Part shown: positions 63,922 to 64,000 of the stretch, one piece after another
How positions within the stretch are numbered: the stretch's first letter is position 1
Layout of the letters: the number at the start of each line of letters is the position of its first letter
Source of the DNA: Octopus sinensis
Lineage: Eukaryota
Assembly: GCF_006345805.1 (NCBI RefSeq)
Contig: NC_043007.1
Span: 28,954,001 to 29,018,000, forward strand
Length of the DNA stretch: 64,000 bases
Direction: 5' to 3'
The notes under the pieces: model-generated
The model's database searches: none
The model's input: the letters and a program-made list of their open reading frames with translations, nothing else
Told to the model about the DNA's origin: nothing
Made by a program: the position numbers and the translations under genes

Positions 63922-64000
63922 ACCAACCTCTTAATATGTTTGTGCTCTTTTGAAACAAAATTCTTTAAAAAAATAAACAAATGAAAATAAGAAAACCAAT
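62840..64000 (+). repeat. direct duplication, period ~855 bp (second copy cut by the window end)
   Basis: 62840-63141 is repeated at ~63694-64000 and differs mainly in microsatellite length. Confidence 0.9.
62877..63026. repeat. 150-bp foldback palindrome centred on an RTE-tail stub
   Basis: 70-nt arms (62877-62946 / 62957-63026) with one mismatch; loop gcgtccgttt. Confidence 0.9.

Overview
AT-rich, microsatellite- and retroelement-dense eukaryotic DNA. The repeat families look cephalopod, most likely Octopus (inferred from repeat content, not from a search). One protein-coding gene is supported, on the + strand: a large coding exon (13145-14942), a 46,755-bp phase-1 GT-AG intron, and a small terminal exon (61698-61798) that the ORF track misses. 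Spliced, it gives a 632-aa secreted protein: signal peptide, short two-Cys cap, long N-glycosylation-rich coiled coil, and a C-terminal domain resembling the ABI3BP(TARSH)/FNDC1 C-terminal domain, with no FN3 domains. The rest is decayed mobile DNA: RTE, CR1, L1/Tx1, RLE-type and Penelope-like retroelements, modular tRNA-derived SINEs, mariner and maT-like transposons, TTAA MITEs, a non-autonomous Helitron, a 2-kb 53/37-bp minisatellite, and several foldback structures, two of which carry hammerhead-ribozyme-like motifs. There is no CRISPR array, rRNA or intact tRNA gene. Most repeat boundaries are approximate, and family names come from recalled motifs, not database hits.
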